From Botryllus schlosseri (lineage: Eukaryota): a stretch of 64,000 nucleotides of DNA. Position numbers and translations under genes: made by a program. The first letter of the stretch is position 1, and every line of letters starts with the position of its first letter. The stretch is taken from the NCBI GenBank assembly GCA_051294905.1, contig CM119371.1, positions 10,356,001 to 10,420,000 on the forward strand, given 5' to 3'. Positions 63,049-64,000 of this stretch are shown piece by piece. Below the pieces are notes generated by a model that worked only from the letters and a program-made list of their open reading frames with translations, did no database searches and was not told where the DNA came from.

Positions 63049-64000
63049 TTACACTTGTTTTGCATCTTGTAAATATCTCCATAGAAACAGAACAGTCATA
63101 AGGAAGCACAACAAAAATGGCATTGGAAACATGACAGCGAACGCGGAGCTGAATTTATCCATCAAGGCACGCACGCAAGCTGTGCTAAATATCATGAACA
63201 GAACTCCACCCGCCGTCAGAATGCTATACGATTTTAAGCGAATGGGACTGGAGAAGTTGGCTGTTATCCCTGATCCGCGGTGTTTAAGACAAATCTTCAA
63301 TGCAGAACGGGTGGATGATAACGTCAGATACGACACATAAACACCAGCGATATTGTTATAATGGAAGCTCGCAGCTGAACCAGTGAAGGCTAGGATGAGC
63401 AGTGAAGCAACGCAAATTATTGTCAGTCTCGGTTTGGAAAATTTATCAAGAATTTGCCCAACTATAGGTCCCGCAGCAGTTGCGGTTACGATTCCGATGA
63501 TAAACAGCAACCCCACAAACTGATCATTCAAATAGGGAACCTCTTTCAAAATCAAAGAAGATATGAGGGTGGCGCCGTACACTTTGTCGGTCATCGTGAA
63601 AACGTACAGAATAAAAAATATCACATATGGGCGATAATTGAATAGAAATGCGACATCTTTCAGCTCTCCTTTCAGACTGTAAGTCGGTGATGTCTGCACT
63701 AAAGGCGTATTTTCGTTTCGTGCTGGATCATTGTTTATCTCGCTGTGCTCACAAACAGGTGGCTTGTCAGACACGAAACATATTACTAAAACGCAACATA
63801 ATAAGGACATTAGCGACAATGAACCGAATGTCGAAGCGAAAACTATCTTAAATCTGTTATTAATATTTTCAGAAGTAGTAGAGAATATCAATGTTTGCTC
63901 AAGCTCTTGATGGCTATAGGGAATCCCCATTGCTCTTGTAGCAACCAAGTTGGATATCAATAAGGCTAACCGCCCTGTGGCCGATGACATTGCTGTCGCT
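63049..64000 (-). CDS. MFS transporter (FLVCR/SLC49-like), intronless over the visible part; 5' end beyond the window (copy 3)
   Basis: Open frame of >313 aa with multiple hydrophobic segments, 'FVSDKPP' after TM6 and 'GPIVGQILDKFSK' (GxxxDR/K motif between TM8 and TM9); no stops or inserts. Confidence 0.85.
   Translation of the reverse strand, partial: ATAMSSATGRLALLISNLVATRAMGIPYSHQELEQTLIFSTTSENINNRFKIVFASTFGSLSLMSLLCCVLVICFVSDKPPVCEHSEINNDPARNENTPLVQTSPTYSLKGELKDVAFLFNYRPYVIFFILYVFTMTDKVYGATLISSLILKEVPYLNDQFVGLLFIIGIVTATAAGPIVGQILDKFSKPRLTIICVASLLILAFTGSAASFHYNNIAGVYVSYLTLSSTRSALKICLKHRGSGITANFSSPIRLKSYSILTAGGVLFMIFSTACVRALMDKFSSAFAVMFPMPFLLCFLMTVLFLWRYLQDAKQV

Overview
AT-rich, repeat-dense eukaryotic DNA from an invertebrate animal; it is ascidian-like by impression only, and it is not prokaryotic (no CRISPR, rRNA or real tRNA). 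There are few host genes: two intact intronless class I SAM-dependent methyltransferase paralogues (12504-13361 and 38631-39488, +), four copies of an intronless FLVCR/SLC49-like MFS transporter (-; three decayed, one open as far as visible and running off the right edge), and a C2H2 zinc-finger array damaged at its 3' end. The transporter and methyltransferase form a head-to-head module that has been tandemly duplicated. Much of the rest is deeply nested transposons whose TIRs and target-site duplications (TSDs) can be read by eye. They include a 7.5 kb P-superfamily element (THAP + transposase) holding a Harbinger element, a CACTA/EnSpm-type element carrying only a SAMD3-like accessory gene, and a foldback element with 15-bp satellite arms around a telomere-like core. 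There are also many hAT MITEs, two tRNA-derived SINE families and a LINE 3' end. Family assignments come from motif recognition, not database searches.
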